A stretch of 45,681 nt of DNA from a virus (taxonomy: Duplodnaviria > Caudoviricetes): positions 1 to 45,681 of IMG/VR virus record IMGVR_UViG_3300030433_003470, one strand, 5' to 3'. Positions 1 through 11,100 of this stretch are shown here, in pieces. The position numbers were made by a program, and so were the translations under genes. Numbering within the stretch: the stretch's first letter is position 1; every line of letters starts with the position of its first letter. A model generated the notes under the pieces. That model did no database searches, was not told where the DNA came from, and saw nothing but the letters and a program-made list of their open reading frames with translations.

Positions 1-1
1 C

Positions 2-3000
2 GTGAAAACTAACTATTCCACTCGTTGAGTTACCGGTAAAATTAGACATTGTTACGTCATTATTTCCGACTAAATCAGGTATAGTGAAATTTGGAGAGGT
101 GCCGGTTTTTGAATCACCTAATCTCCACCAAGATACAAAAGTATTAAATACTGAAAATTTTTCTAAGTTAAACGTTACGCCGCCATTGTATAATTCTGAT
201 ACCTGTGTAGCAGTAAGACCAACGCTCATGACAGCCAACTCGTCAATAAAACCAGATGTACTCATTCCGTCTTGATCATTAGTACGTCCAATTTGTGCTG
301 GTACGTTCAGATTTTCCATCGCTGAGTATCCGCCGCCGCTGGTCGCTGCCGTGGCAAGCTCAGAGCCATTAACATATAACTTTATTCCGCCGGGGACTCT
401 ACTGCCATCATATGTAGCGACTATATGCACCCACTTATTCAGAAAACCCTGAACAACGGTTTCAGATGCTGCGATACCGGAAGTAGTCCTCCCAATAAAA
501 TGACTGTCATTGTTATCGGATAATGTAAAAGACATGATGCCAGAACCAAACGTGCCTAGCACATACTGCATCGATGCGCCACTTCCCTTAGAAAAAATGC
601 TAAAATTCTCTACATCCGTCATGTAAACCCAAGCTGATATACTAAAAGACGGTTCATTGGAGATTGTGCCATCTGCACCGAAACTTAAACTAGCTTGATT
701 TCCAATATCTGCTTTGTGTACAGTGTTTGAGCCGCCGCCTCCTGGGAACGCAAGACTTTGTTGATTAAAGAATGGTGTTTCTATCGGGAAGTGTCCCTCT
801 TTCCAAGGGTACAACATTTCATTTATACCGAATAAACGACCTTCAGGATCAGATTGCTTAAACTCGTAAGTTGGAAACTTTGATTGATACTTATTTCTCT
901 CAAGAACGTGGGACTCAATTATGTTTCTTAAAGGTCTCTCGCCCAATCCTGATGACATGGGCGCTAGCTGTTGAATCATTGCACTTACTGCCAAATCAAA
1001 CCACTTAAAGTACTCCATGTACTTTTCAACATTTGGAGCATCCATTGTCTCAAAAAATGCTTGCCTTAATATGGAAAGCGCTTTGTATTCATCACGATAC
1101 CTATCAACTGTGTGTCCAATGAGATCATTAAAATCTGTGACAGTAGCCATAAATTTTAACATTTCCTGAGAAATGTTCTGATATGCACTTTTTTCGACAT
1201 ACAGGTCAAAAAATGTTGGTCTACTGTCTCTGGTATAATATATGTCGTCATTTGTCATGACATTAACTGTATTCTCGTTAGATAACACCTCGGGCATATT
1301 TGGCTTGGCTGTCACCAAATCATCAATTATAACAACATTTTTACTACTGGTATCAAACTCAAACCCTAGTCCTGTGAACTGTTTGTTCGATAAATTGGAC
1401 AGTATGCCGTATCTGGATATTTCGCTAATTGAGCCTGACGTCAAATCTTCAACTATGAATTCACCGCTTGAATCTGAGCCTGTTACATTATTAAAGTTCC
1501 AGTGCAACAACAGTGTTTCTTTATTTGGAACGTATACTCGATTGTTTGACTCGTTGAAAAGATAAGCGTTTTGTTCTGGGTTTTTTATGCTGTAGTTGTT
1601 GGGGTCTGAACCTCTCAAATTTAAATCTTTTATGTCTAGTTTGTTTTGCCACACTCTAACCGTGTTAAATTTTACATCAGATTGCTGTAAGGTTGATCCA
1701 GTAAAGTTAGTTCTATGCGCTCCGACAAAAACCCTCTTCGGAGAGGCTAATATTTTTGTAGCTTCTTCTGCTGTAATAGAGCCGGTTACTGTAAATTGAT
1801 TGATCGTTTCATCTAGAACCTTTTGCATACCTGAAAATTCAACGACATAAGGTGAATTTTCTGTCCCGTCAACTTCATTCGCATTAAGATATTTCTGAGG
1901 ATACAAGCAAAACAAAAAGTTCCACGGCGTGTCTCCATAGACTTCATCATAAAATGAAGAGGACAATTCTGGGATAAATCCGCCAGCGGTGCCTGTTAAA
2001 ACGAATTTGGCTTTATCTGAGAACGTTGCTGGCTTAACAGCCTTTACGACAAAGTTTGCATAATCGTTAGTGTTCCATGTTGTGTCTGCCGGTGAATCTC
2101 CTCTTGCGGTGTGCATACCAAAGAGTGAGGCGGTTAGCATCAAAGGGTAATCATTTTGAGTGTTTTCGTAATTATGATTAAAGGTTGAATAATCAGATTG
2201 ATTGACTCTGTTTGGAAATATCATTCCAGCTTCAACGCTGAACGGTAAACTATACTCTGGTGATTCACTAAATGTAAAATTATTGCTAGCAGAAATAAAT
2301 GTAGTGCTATTTGGATTAAGACTACTAGAATACTGGAACACGCTGCCATCAGAGTTGTTAACTGAATTAAAATTTATTAATTTGAATTTATCAGTAACAG
2401 ATCGAAAGTTATCTTCTAAAATATAATCAACATTATTTGAATAATAATTAAGCTTATATATCTCATCATTTATACCAAAACATCTAATAAGATTTCTAAA
2501 GGACTTTTCAGCACCTTTTGATTTGTTAATATAGCTTAAGTTGTTGTAAATATTTTTGTATATTATGTTTTTTACATTGGCTATTTTTTCTTCGTAGCTT
2601 GTATTGCTATCTCTGTTTTCAAAATACTCTAGCGCATCGAGCGCATTAAATATTTCCGGAGCAACAAAACCCTTTGACTCAAGTATCCTACTCATGAAGG
2701 GTATTGGTTTTTGAGAACCGCTAACATAATCATTTTGACTTAAATTTGGCAATGATTTCATTAGGTTGGCTGTGCTATCAAAGTGACTTGATAGGATTTG
2801 AGTCAAGTTCCATAATGAGTTTGCGATTATGCCTTCATTGTCTGGATTGTTTGCATCGTGTTCTTCTACAATCCAACTTGGCAGAGAATAGTATAACGTC
2901 GACGGATTGCCATAATCGTAATCTTTACCTTCTTTTCTTTTGGTATCTCGATAAGATATAACTTCTGGATGGAAAGAATAAATAATCGGATCTAAAAATT

Positions 3001-4345
3001 CAGTTGAAACATAGGTTGTCAGACCAGAATCATTAATTGCAGATCCAGTTTCTCTGGAATATATAGAGGAATAACCATTCCATGAACCATTGGTAACTCT
3101 GCCTGAATAATCTAAAACGTTACTATCAGTAGAAGCAGTTTGAGTGATACCTTCATTAAACTTATAGTATAGACCCAAATGAGTATTTGCGTCATCGGTG
3201 TTAGTTCCGCCACCTACTTGATCAAACCACCTTGTTTGAATTTGTTTTGATGTTCTCCAAACTTTCCAAAATCTAAATTCATCTAATGATCCTGATAGCT
3301 TACCCCAGCCCCTTGAGGCGGTTGGTGCTCCTGCAGACGAACCTGATGGGTTTGTTGCCAATGCCCCAATCGTACCAACGATAGTTCCACTTACATAATC
3401 AACAGTAGTGCCAGCTTTAACGTTGTGATTAAATAGCCCATCAACAAAAAGATCTATAGATGTGTTTGCTCCGTCATTTTTAAACCTGAATGAATAGTGG
3501 TGCCAATTATCATCAGCCACGGAGGATGTTGTTAGTGACGCACCGATATTTTGTTTTGAAATGCCTGAAGTGCCCGACATGTATGTGACGTAAAATGGCG
3601 AAAGTGTATTAGTGCCAGCTCCGTGTCCGGACATTTCAACAGTTAAGCGTCCATAATCTACACTTGAAGAAATTGAACTTGTAGTGAAGATATCGAACAA
3701 GACCTCGGTTTGGGTAGCGTCGACATTAAAAGCTGCTTTCTTGAGCCAAAACTCTACGGTATTTCCATCGTTTCCACCTATTTTTAGATTGCATTCTCTA
3801 TCTTTAGAAAGATCATAGAGATTTGCATCTTTTCGATAGTGAGCTTCACCGGTATCTGGATCGACATAAATGTTTGATCCCTCACCAGCGTGAGGACCGC
3901 CATTAAACGAAACAAACTCATATGTTCCAGAACCTGCGGCACCGTAAGAACCCCAGACTGTGTAATCAGTTGACACATCGGTCGCTGTAACGCTAGCGCT
4001 CGAAAATACAGCAAATCCATTTGTTCTTGGATATCCATTTTCGAAAAGGTAAAGGTCTAAACCAGAAGAAGAAAGCTCCCATTGTATTTTTTCTTTCTTA
4101 GAGCCATCATAAGGATAGGTATTATATACTCTTGTTATAGAATCGTAGTAATATTTTTCAGCGGAGCCAAATCGTGCAAAGTTCTCTGGTAGAGAATAAT
4201 CAACGAGTGGAATAAATCTATCTCTGTCTTCAACAAAAGCATCGATAAATTCTGGGGACTCTACACCACTAGAAGTTAAAGAACTAACAGAGGTGTTGCC
4301 TAGATATTTATAATTTTGTTCTTTAAATAAATCTTTTAAGGACAT
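2..4345 (-). CDS. Giant virion structural protein with LamG/concanavalin-like domains and a baseplate gpI/gp7-like segment; 3'-truncated by the window edge (>=1448 aa)
   Basis: Not in the ORF track, presumably because there is no stop in the window. ATG at 4345 lies just after the upstream TAA (4347-4349). Hand translation gives MSLKDLFKEQ..., LamG-type motifs TVEFWLKK, NWHHYSF, LDEFRFWK and FIDELAV...LTATQVSELYNGG, and IYNNLSYINKSKGAEKSFRNLIRCFG (~2480-2560), which resembles the KGT segment of P2 gpI/T4 gp7. The frame is open at every stretch checked, down to base 2. Confidence 0.8.
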   Translation of the reverse strand, partial: MSLKDLFKEQNYKYLGNTSVSSLTSSGVESPEFIDAFVEDRDRFIPLVDYSLPENFARFGSAEKYYYDSITRVYNTYPYDGSKKEKIQWELSSSGLDLYLFENGYPRTNGFAVFSSASVTATDVSTDYTVWGSYGAAGSGTYEFVSFNGGPHAGEGSNIYVDPDTGEAHYRKDANLYDLSKDRECNLKIGGNDGNTVEFWLKKAAFNVDATQTEVLFDIFTTSSISSSVDYGRLTVEMSGHGAGTNTLSPFYVTYMSGTSGISKQNIGASLTTSSVADDNWHHYSFRFKNDGANTSIDLFVDGLFNHNVKAGTTVDYVSGTIVGTIGALATNPSGSSAGAPTASRGWGKLSGSLDEFRFWKVWRTSKQIQTRWFDQVGGGTNTDDANTHLGLYYKFNEGITQTASTDSNVLDYSGRVTNGSWNGYSSIYSRETGSAINDSGLTTYVSTEFLDPIIYSFHPEVISYRDTKRKEGKDYDYGNPSTLYYSLPSWIVEEHDANNPDNEGIIANSLWNLTQILSSHFDSTANLMKSLPNLSQNDYVSGSQKPIPFMSRILESKGFVAPEIFNALDALEYFENRDSNTSYEEKIANVKNIIYKNIYNNLSYINKSKGAEKSFRNLIRCFGINDEIYKLNYYSNNVDYILEDNFRSVTDKFKLINFNSVNNSDGSVFQYSSSLNPNSTTFISASNNFTFSESPEYSLPFSVEAGMIFPNRVNQSDYSTFNHNYENTQNDYPLMLTASLFGMHTARGDSPADTTWNTNDYANFVVKAVKPATFSDKAKFVLTGTAGGFIPELSSSFYDEVYGDTPWNFLFCLYPQKYLNANEVDGTENSPYVVEFSGMQKVLDETINQFTVTGSITAEEATKILASPKRVFVGAHRTNFTGSTLQQSDVKFNTVRVWQNKLDIKDLNLRGSDPNNYSIKNPEQNAYLFNESNNRVYVPNKETLLLHWNFNNVTGSDSSGEFIVEDLTSGSISEISRYGILSNLSNKQFTGLGFEFDTSSKNVVIIDDLVTAKPNMPEVLSNENTVNVMTNDDIYYTRDSRPTFFDLYVEKSAYQNISQEMLKFMATVTDFNDLIGHTVDRYRDEYKALSILRQAFFETMDAPNVEKYMEYFKWFDLAVSAMIQQLAPMSSGLGERPLRNIIESHVLERNKYQSKFPTYEFKQSDPEGRLFGINEMLYPWKEGHFPIETPFFNQQSLAFPGGGGSNTVHKADIGNQASLSFGADGTISNEPSFSISAWVYMTDVENFSIFSKGSGASMQYVLGTFGSGIMSFTLSDNNDSHFIGRTTSGIAASETVVQGFLNKWVHIVATYDGSRVPGGIKLYVNGSELATAATSGGGYSAMENLNVPAQIGRTNDQDGMSTSGFIDELAVMSVGLTATQVSELYNGGVTFNLEKFSVFNTFVSWWRLGDSKTGTSPNFTIPDLVGNNDVTMSNFTGNSTSGIVSFH

Positions 4346-4346
4346 A

Positions 4347-5831
4347 TTACTCTACTCTAAACCTAAACCTTTCTGGTTGCTCAACGTAGCTACCGTTAAT
4401 TAGATATGCAAAACTTAATTCATAAACAGTGTCAGTGTCGAACAAGTTCATCTCTAAGTCAAAATAGCTACCACTCGTATCATAAGACAGCCGAGTGTGG
4501 TTTAGGGAACCAGTCCCAAAAGGAACAACTTCTAGATTATCGCTTACTCTAGTAAAACGATAATATGTATTATCGATTATACTTGTTTCTATTTCATTGT
4601 TCGCTACTGTATAAATAGTTGGGGACCAATCTTTTTGACGAGTGTACAGTCTAAATCTCACCTTTTCGTTTTTATCATAGGTTGCACGTAAATTTGTAAC
4701 CTTAGAAACATATCTCTGGTCAAAATTATAATCTTGACTATCAAACGTTTTTATATCCACTCCAGAACCAGTGTGATACTCTATGCTGCCGCTAGACCAT
4801 ACATCAAAAATCTTTGTGATGCTAGACGATGCATAAGCAAAAGAACAGGAATATATACCAGTTTCAACGTGCGATGCAGTAATGTTGACATGACCGGTTG
4901 ACTTTACGCCACCACCCACAGGTAGGAAAAGCTTATCTCCGGTTGGTGCTGTTGTACCGCTATAAATGCTTACTTCCATTTCATTTGCACCGACAGCTGG
5001 AATATTAGTTAACTGTCCTCTGACAACGTTGTAAAGATAGAGGTTCATTAAATTATCTGAAGCTGGCACAAGAGACGAGCTTAAAAAGAAGTCTCCACGG
5101 TTGTCTTTTTTACTATCATCCCATCGAGCTTCAATAACTGGTCGCTTGTGAAAAAATTGTGAGCCTCGTGCAAAAAACATCTTCGTATAAAAAGATTGTT
5201 CTTGAGTTTCATCTGAGGCGGTCAATCTAACTCCAAATCCATTGTTGTCTAAGTCTCCTTTAATCCAATCTTCCACAAGGTGACTTACATCCAGTTCTAA
5301 GTTTTCGAAACCTGTATCAAAGGACTGGGTGAAAAGATATTCGTTTGGTGCGTCATTTGAACCAGTTCTAAAACTTCCACCTTGGACGGAGGCGCCTCCA
5401 AATGTGCTCCAGCCTACACCATTTGATGCTGATATCCAATTTGATGTGTCCTCATCGGAATACTCTTCCATATCCAAACCAAGACCCTCTGACCAAGATT
5501 GAGAAATAGGAGAGACTACTAGTGTGTAATTCTTTGGAGTAGTCTGGGTATGTTCTGCGTCGTACATCTTTAAAAAGAAATTTACACTACCAGATGCAGG
5601 TATATTGCCAGCTGTGCGGTCAGTATTTATAGCGGTCGTATCAAACTCAATTAATACGCGAGATAATTCTGAACTATAACCGGTGCTTGAGCTTACTTGA
5701 GCGTAAATACTAAACACCTCAAGTATATCAGATTGACCCATATTACCACTAACACCTCTTGTGCTTAGATTTGACTTAAAAGCGTTAGTTATTGTGTTAT
5801 CTTTTGTAGCGTAATATCTTTTTATTGCCAT
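4347..5831 (-). CDS. Virion structural protein, possible DNRLRE-like beta-sandwich N-terminal domain (494 aa)
   Basis: Ser/Thr/Gly-rich and beta-rich; segments SRVLIEFD, NNGFGVRL and RPVIEARW; sits within the baseplate module with a TAATG overlap. Confidence 0.55.
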   Translation of the reverse strand: MAIKRYYATKDNTITNAFKSNLSTRGVSGNMGQSDILEVFSIYAQVSSSTGYSSELSRVLIEFDTTAINTDRTAGNIPASGSVNFFLKMYDAEHTQTTPKNYTLVVSPISQSWSEGLGLDMEEYSDEDTSNWISASNGVGWSTFGGASVQGGSFRTGSNDAPNEYLFTQSFDTGFENLELDVSHLVEDWIKGDLDNNGFGVRLTASDETQEQSFYTKMFFARGSQFFHKRPVIEARWDDSKKDNRGDFFLSSSLVPASDNLMNLYLYNVVRGQLTNIPAVGANEMEVSIYSGTTAPTGDKLFLPVGGGVKSTGHVNITASHVETGIYSCSFAYASSSITKIFDVWSSGSIEYHTGSGVDIKTFDSQDYNFDQRYVSKVTNLRATYDKNEKVRFRLYTRQKDWSPTIYTVANNEIETSIIDNTYYRFTRVSDNLEVVPFGTGSLNHTRLSYDTSGSYFDLEMNLFDTDTVYELSFAYLINGSYVEQPERFRFRVE

Positions 5832-7624
5832 TATCTAATTGTTCCTATAATGTCAGAGTTTGGAAATTTAACTTCGAATACAGAGTCAATGGGGCATGCC
5901 ACTTTTCTACCATCGGTGCTCAGAAAAACACTAGTGTCAAAATTTGTATCGGCATACGCAGGTCCAGTTTTTGCCTGTATACTAACATCAACGACATCTA
6001 AAACTAAAGAAGAGTTTTTTAGCACACTGAATACATCTGTTAATAAAAATTCTTCTCCAATTTCATATTGTCTTCTATTCTCAAAGTATGCGATCAAATC
6101 GTTTTTAGATGTATCTAAAGCTCTAAACTTGTCAACGTCTGGAAAAGATATTATACTATAATTTAAAACTAAATTAATAATTTTCGCATCTAAAATATCA
6201 ATTGTATCATTAATCATTTTATATCTTGTTATGTGTGTCTTTAAATTATTTTTTATAATGGAATTAGCCTTTTGAAATTTTCCGTCTGCACCAGTGGACA
6301 TCACATATAGATTAATATTTCTTTGATTAAAAGAATCTTTATCCTGATAAGCGGCAGCTTTGGCGATTGCACCGAATTTTTTAGGCATATTATAAGCTGC
6401 AGTGACTAAATCTTGCTTTGTTACTATTCTACTTTGCATAGAATATACCCCGAATGCGCGTTCTCTTAATTCATCTGTACTAGGTAATGCAGTTGAGCCA
6501 ACAAAGGCTCTTTCATTAATAACTTCTAAACTACTTCTTGTTGCCGACACCAAAGTTGGATCAAGCTCTAGCTCGCTGATGAAATCTATAACTGGATCTC
6601 TAACAGTTGTAACTGTCCCTGCGGCAGTGTTGGTGTTTTCAAATGTATTGACTCTATAAATTATTTTTAAAACAGTGTTTGAGGGGCTTACTCCAAGACT
6701 ATCTGTCTTAATTAAGACTGTAGGATCAAAAGAATCATCTGATATATATCTTTTTCCGTGCTGATTAACCAGGACATTTGCTGGGTCTATAGCTTCAGTT
6801 TCATCTTCACCAGTGCCAAAACCGAACTGAAGTATCAACCTCTCTCTTTCTCGTACAACTGCGTATCTTCTTGGAACTGCTATTGGTTTTAATATGTTTG
6901 GGACAACATCATTATTTGCCGCTCTATTTTGTATGGTCAGGTAGACCGTGTTTTGAGTTAGATAATCAACTTCATAGTATGGATTTCCTTCGGAATCAAT
7001 CACAGATACTATTTCAGTAATATTATCATCAGCTATTTCAACTTGCCTGAATCTTTGATATGACCCAAGAGCTACTTCTTTAAATCTTAACTCTCCAGAA
7101 ATAGCTTGACCTCTGGCTCGAATAGCATAGCTAGTTGGATTAGATGCTTCATTAACCTCTCCAACAACGATCTCATTTTGCAAAACATCTTTAAAGTTAA
7201 CATCTTCCAGTAATGTGTATAATTTCCCACCGCCGGTGGCAAATTTACTACCAGCCTTTAAAATGGGAGCATAATCATAATCTGGTGCGCCGGTTGTGTC
7301 AGCGGGAACCAACACAAAGAAGGTTAAGTCCCCAAAAGATGCTGGGGCAAGATCAGGTTTTAATCCTAGTTGTCTAGAAATTTTTAAAATATTATCATAC
7401 TCGGAAGCGGTCGACAAGAAGGTTTCATTAACTTGGTAATCTAGATAAAAAGATAAAATGTCTCCAACGTAAGAAACTGTGTCCAGCATTAAAGAACCAA
7501 ACGAATTTATTGAAAAATCTCTAAATGTCTCAGGGTAATATCTTCTAGCATAATCTACTAAATCTGTTTTAATCGTCGCAAAATCACGACTAGTGTAATT
7601 AATTGCTGGTTTTTTTGGTGCCAT
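5831..7624 (-). CDS. Baseplate wedge subunit (T4 gp6 / baseplate J-like)
   Basis: N-terminal INYTSRDFATIKTDLVDY...LMLDTVSYVGDILSFYLDYQVNETFLSTA and later QSRIVTKQDL; immediately downstream of a gp25-like gene. Confidence 0.85.
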   Translation of the reverse strand: MAPKKPAINYTSRDFATIKTDLVDYARRYYPETFRDFSINSFGSLMLDTVSYVGDILSFYLDYQVNETFLSTASEYDNILKISRQLGLKPDLAPASFGDLTFFVLVPADTTGAPDYDYAPILKAGSKFATGGGKLYTLLEDVNFKDVLQNEIVVGEVNEASNPTSYAIRARGQAISGELRFKEVALGSYQRFRQVEIADDNITEIVSVIDSEGNPYYEVDYLTQNTVYLTIQNRAANNDVVPNILKPIAVPRRYAVVRERERLILQFGFGTGEDETEAIDPANVLVNQHGKRYISDDSFDPTVLIKTDSLGVSPSNTVLKIIYRVNTFENTNTAAGTVTTVRDPVIDFISELELDPTLVSATRSSLEVINERAFVGSTALPSTDELRERAFGVYSMQSRIVTKQDLVTAAYNMPKKFGAIAKAAAYQDKDSFNQRNINLYVMSTGADGKFQKANSIIKNNLKTHITRYKMINDTIDILDAKIINLVLNYSIISFPDVDKFRALDTSKNDLIAYFENRRQYEIGEEFLLTDVFSVLKNSSLVLDVVDVSIQAKTGPAYADTNFDTSVFLSTDGRKVACPIDSVFEVKFPNSDIIGTIR

Positions 7625-7641
7625 TTATTTTTAATTCCTCT

Positions 7642-8061
7642 TCAAGTTGATGTTACTGTATCAACTAGTATTATTGAATCTCTAAAATTAAATTCATTGA
7701 TTTCGTAAATTAATTCAACAGTTAAAGCGTTACTTTGCCCAGTTTTTAATTGAGTTCTGGTATCTCCTCTAGAGATGTTCAAAGAAACAATAGATACTTG
7801 TGGAAGATACCTACTAACTTGCTCGCGTATTTTTTCATCAATTCGATAATCAGGATACTGCTCAAATAAAAATCTTCTAATTCCAACTCCATATTGTGGA
7901 GCCATGACCCTTTCTCCTGGTGCTGTGTATAGAAGCATTTTTAAGTTTTGTTTTATATTGTCTTTAAAGGTTTTATTTAGTTTGTAGAAAAAATCATCTA
8001 CATCTTGAGTTAATGGTAGTTCTGCATCAAATCCAATTGTCGACTTTGTGTTACTGGTCAT
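7642..8061 (-). CDS. GPW/gp25-family baseplate protein
   Basis: NLKMLLYTAPGERVMAPQYGVGIRRFLFE matches the gp25 GER-x(2,3)-P-x-(F/Y)G signature; AAGGAG upstream. Confidence 0.88.
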   Translation of the reverse strand: MTSNTKSTIGFDAELPLTQDVDDFFYKLNKTFKDNIKQNLKMLLYTAPGERVMAPQYGVGIRRFLFEQYPDYRIDEKIREQVSRYLPQVSIVSLNISRGDTRTQLKTGQSNALTVELIYEINEFNFRDSIILVDTVTST

Positions 8062-8079
8062 GAACGCATCTCCTTGTTC

Positions 8080-8088
8080 ATAAATAGT
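8080..8088 (-). promoter_or_regulatory. Candidate late promoter motif ACTATTTAT upstream of gp25
   Basis: Intergenic, about 19 nt before the ATG; the same 9-mer recurs at other gene starts. Confidence 0.55.
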
Positions 8089-8113
8089 TTATTAAAAACA
8101 TTTTTAAAAGTAT

Positions 8114-11100
8114 TTATGTGTCATCATTACATTCGAACGCATTTGGATCATTAAGACTGTTTTTGTTTTTATCCGCTGCGGACTTTGGATCATCTTCGTC
8201 TTCACTAGCATCTAAAAACTTTGCGATTATTCCAAATGGAGTTAGAGGTCCCGGTAAAAACCAGGGAGTTCTCCAAGTTGGATCGGTCATGTTGGCAACA
8301 CCTTTAATAATACCCTCAAGAAATAAAGATAACAAGTCCAGTTTTACTTGACTAGGTGAATTAAAATCTCCTGTATTAAAATCATTTTCGTAGAGATTTG
8401 GATTATTTTCTCTGTCGCCAGCAGATAGAGCTTGTTGTATACCTGTTTTTAGCGCTAATTCGGTATTTTGAAAAATTGAACTTAGATTGGGATACTCCTC
8501 GCTCAAGGTTTTTGTAACCAATATCGAAACGAATGATAGTAAGTCTACATAAGAAAGAGAGGAAAAAAGCGTTTCTAGTGTGCCAGCTATTTTACCATTG
8601 TAGGCAAAATTCGTTATAACAGAGTCAAGGCTAATTTCTGAATTTGTTGGCAGAGTTGCAAAACTTTCCTCGCTTGCCACTGGAATATATTGATAAGCTA
8701 AGGGTAATTTAAAATAAAGCTCGCCACCCTCTTCTCTGATAAAATACTTTCTCTCTAAAACTGCTTGGTAAAAAGCTGCTCTGTTTTTTTCTCCGTCTTT
8801 GTTGTCTGCACTCATAGGAAAAAGTGATTCAAACGTGGTCTTCGTAAAAAATGCATTTTTATAAAAAGAAGCTTCATCATCTGTTGCTTCTTGTGATTGA
8901 TCAAAGGGAAGTCTGATTAACAGGTTGATTGTTCTGTATTCTCCAAATCTATAAAAATAGGTTTCCATCATTCTAAACCTGTTTTGTAGTTTCTGTAATA
9001 GCGAGTCAATATTAAAATCCTCACTTTCACCCAAAAGACCAATTAAGTCAATAAGGACGTTATTAGCGCCATCATTGGCTTGTTCATAAGACTTTTCAAT
9101 ACCTTTACGAAGATCTTCAGCAAATACATCTTTAACTCTAAAAACATCTCTGTACGATCTTAATCCATTTTGAGCTTTAAGATTTGCATTGATTCTAAGT
9201 CTGCCTTGGCGTTGAGATACCGTCAGCAATTCGGTTGCGTTATTATCAATAAAGTTTTCCTTTCGTTGCAATGGGTAATCATCACTAAAGAAAGTTGAGA
9301 TTACGCCGCCTCCGACAAGTTCTCCTCCCAACAATTGCCTTTGAATAGCGGAATATGTATGTTCAAGATCGGTGGCGGTACCTAGCTGCGAGTCCTGCAG
9401 AAATAAAGATGCAGGCTGTATTTTCGTTTGGTCAGCAAATTCCTCATTTAATTCCAAAGGATAACCTACGATATTGAAAATATTCCTCCAGTCCTGAACC
9501 CCTGCCATAAAAGGTTGTGTAAACCCGAGTGGGGTATTAGTTCCTTTTGATAAGTATGGTGCAAATGGGAGGAAGTTCCCTATGGGCTGGGGTACGAAAT
9601 AAGGTAACATAGATATTATCAATTTTAATTTCTGAGAATCTAATAAGCTAAGTGGGTGAGATCTCTCTTTTCTATTGTGAAATACTTCGAACCCTCGCTC
9701 AATAAAAAATCCTCCGTTTTTTAGTCTAGGGTTTCCAGAATACACCCCAGTCGGCACAATAATCTCTTTTTTATCAAAGTCTATATTTAATATATCAAAT
9801 GGAGCTAATAACGCTAGATTTTTTTCTGCAGGTATTAAATTTTTTAAAATGGTTGTATCATTAACTGCATCATTATCCACATCGGCTTCTACAAACTCAA
9901 AACCAAACTCTCCTGAAAAAATATGATTAGTATATCCTGCTTTTTCTAATTTAGATTTTAAAACACTCTGGGCTTGTTTAAAAGATTCTTTAACAAAATA
10001 ATCAATAGCATCAGAGAAGCTAATTTCATCATTTTTGGTATCAGACGCTGCAGCAAGAGAAACTATTTCTTCTACAATAGCCTGAAATTCAGTTGGAATA
10101 ATAGTTTCCATTTTATTTTCAATAATAGAAGATAAATATTGTAAATAAAAAGTTTGCTTATCTTGAAATTGTTGAGATAATTTTACAAGGTTATCAAATC
10201 CAAAAGAGGCAAAAACAAAAAAGCTCTTCATCGCCTCGTTGATAACAACAACTCTAAGCAAAGATTCATATAATGTGGCTATATGAGCCATTTCCGATGG
10301 AGTCGGTATTTTTCCAACACCAATTTTACATTCGATATATTTTGTTCTATCTTCAAATTTTTTTAATATATCACTAAAATCTAATAAAGACTTATCACAA
10401 GGATTAGTTTTGACAAAAGATAATTGACTAAACTTACTTTTTTGAAATAGATCAAGTGACGTTATAAACTCAGCATGTTCTACAATAACTCTTTCTAAAA
10501 TATCCGCAAAAAAATCTGGACTATATACTAGACTTTGAATTAAAGACTTGTACGGAGATGTCCTCTCTGTGTTTGCGCTAATTTCAGAATCCTCAGAAAA
10601 TATATTTGTAAGTGCCAATGCATTAGTATAACCAGTCAATTGTTCAGCGTCAGTTATAGCTTCTTCAGGTAAAATTCTATCGTATGCTTCTGTTTCTGCG
10701 GTGCCAATAGAAAACAATAAGCGTGCAGTAAAAGGACCTAAATCAGCAAACGCTTCGGGGACTCCATCTATAGTGTGGATTTCAGAGGAATAATTTGCAA
10801 AGTATCGTATTTGTTTATCTTTAGTAGAAATCTCATATAATGCACCTACAACATCATCTGGAGAAGCCAAGAATTCATCTGGATTTTTCACAATTTGAGT
10901 GACGTTTGAAATCAGGTTTCCTTTAAAAGTGTTACGTAAGGCTTCACTAACTTTTGGTGCGACTAGTCTATTAGCATTAGTTTGATTTTTAAAATAGTCG
11001 GCTATTCCCTCCGTTGATGGCAGGGTATTATTTCCTTCATCATCTTCAAGCGATATACCATATGTTTTGCCCATAGCGCTTGCCATAGCAGTACCTAATG

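Noticed and set aside
3784-4038. Short minus-strand ORFs 3784-4038, 14455-14685, 22624-22875, 33026-33253 and 45369-45599
   Set aside because: They are out-of-frame overlaps inside well-supported genes.
8060-8081. Inverted repeat ATGAAC/GTTCAT around the gp25 ribosome-binding site
   Set aside because: Only a 6-bp AU-rich stem with the Shine-Dalgarno sequence in the loop; too weak to call regulatory.
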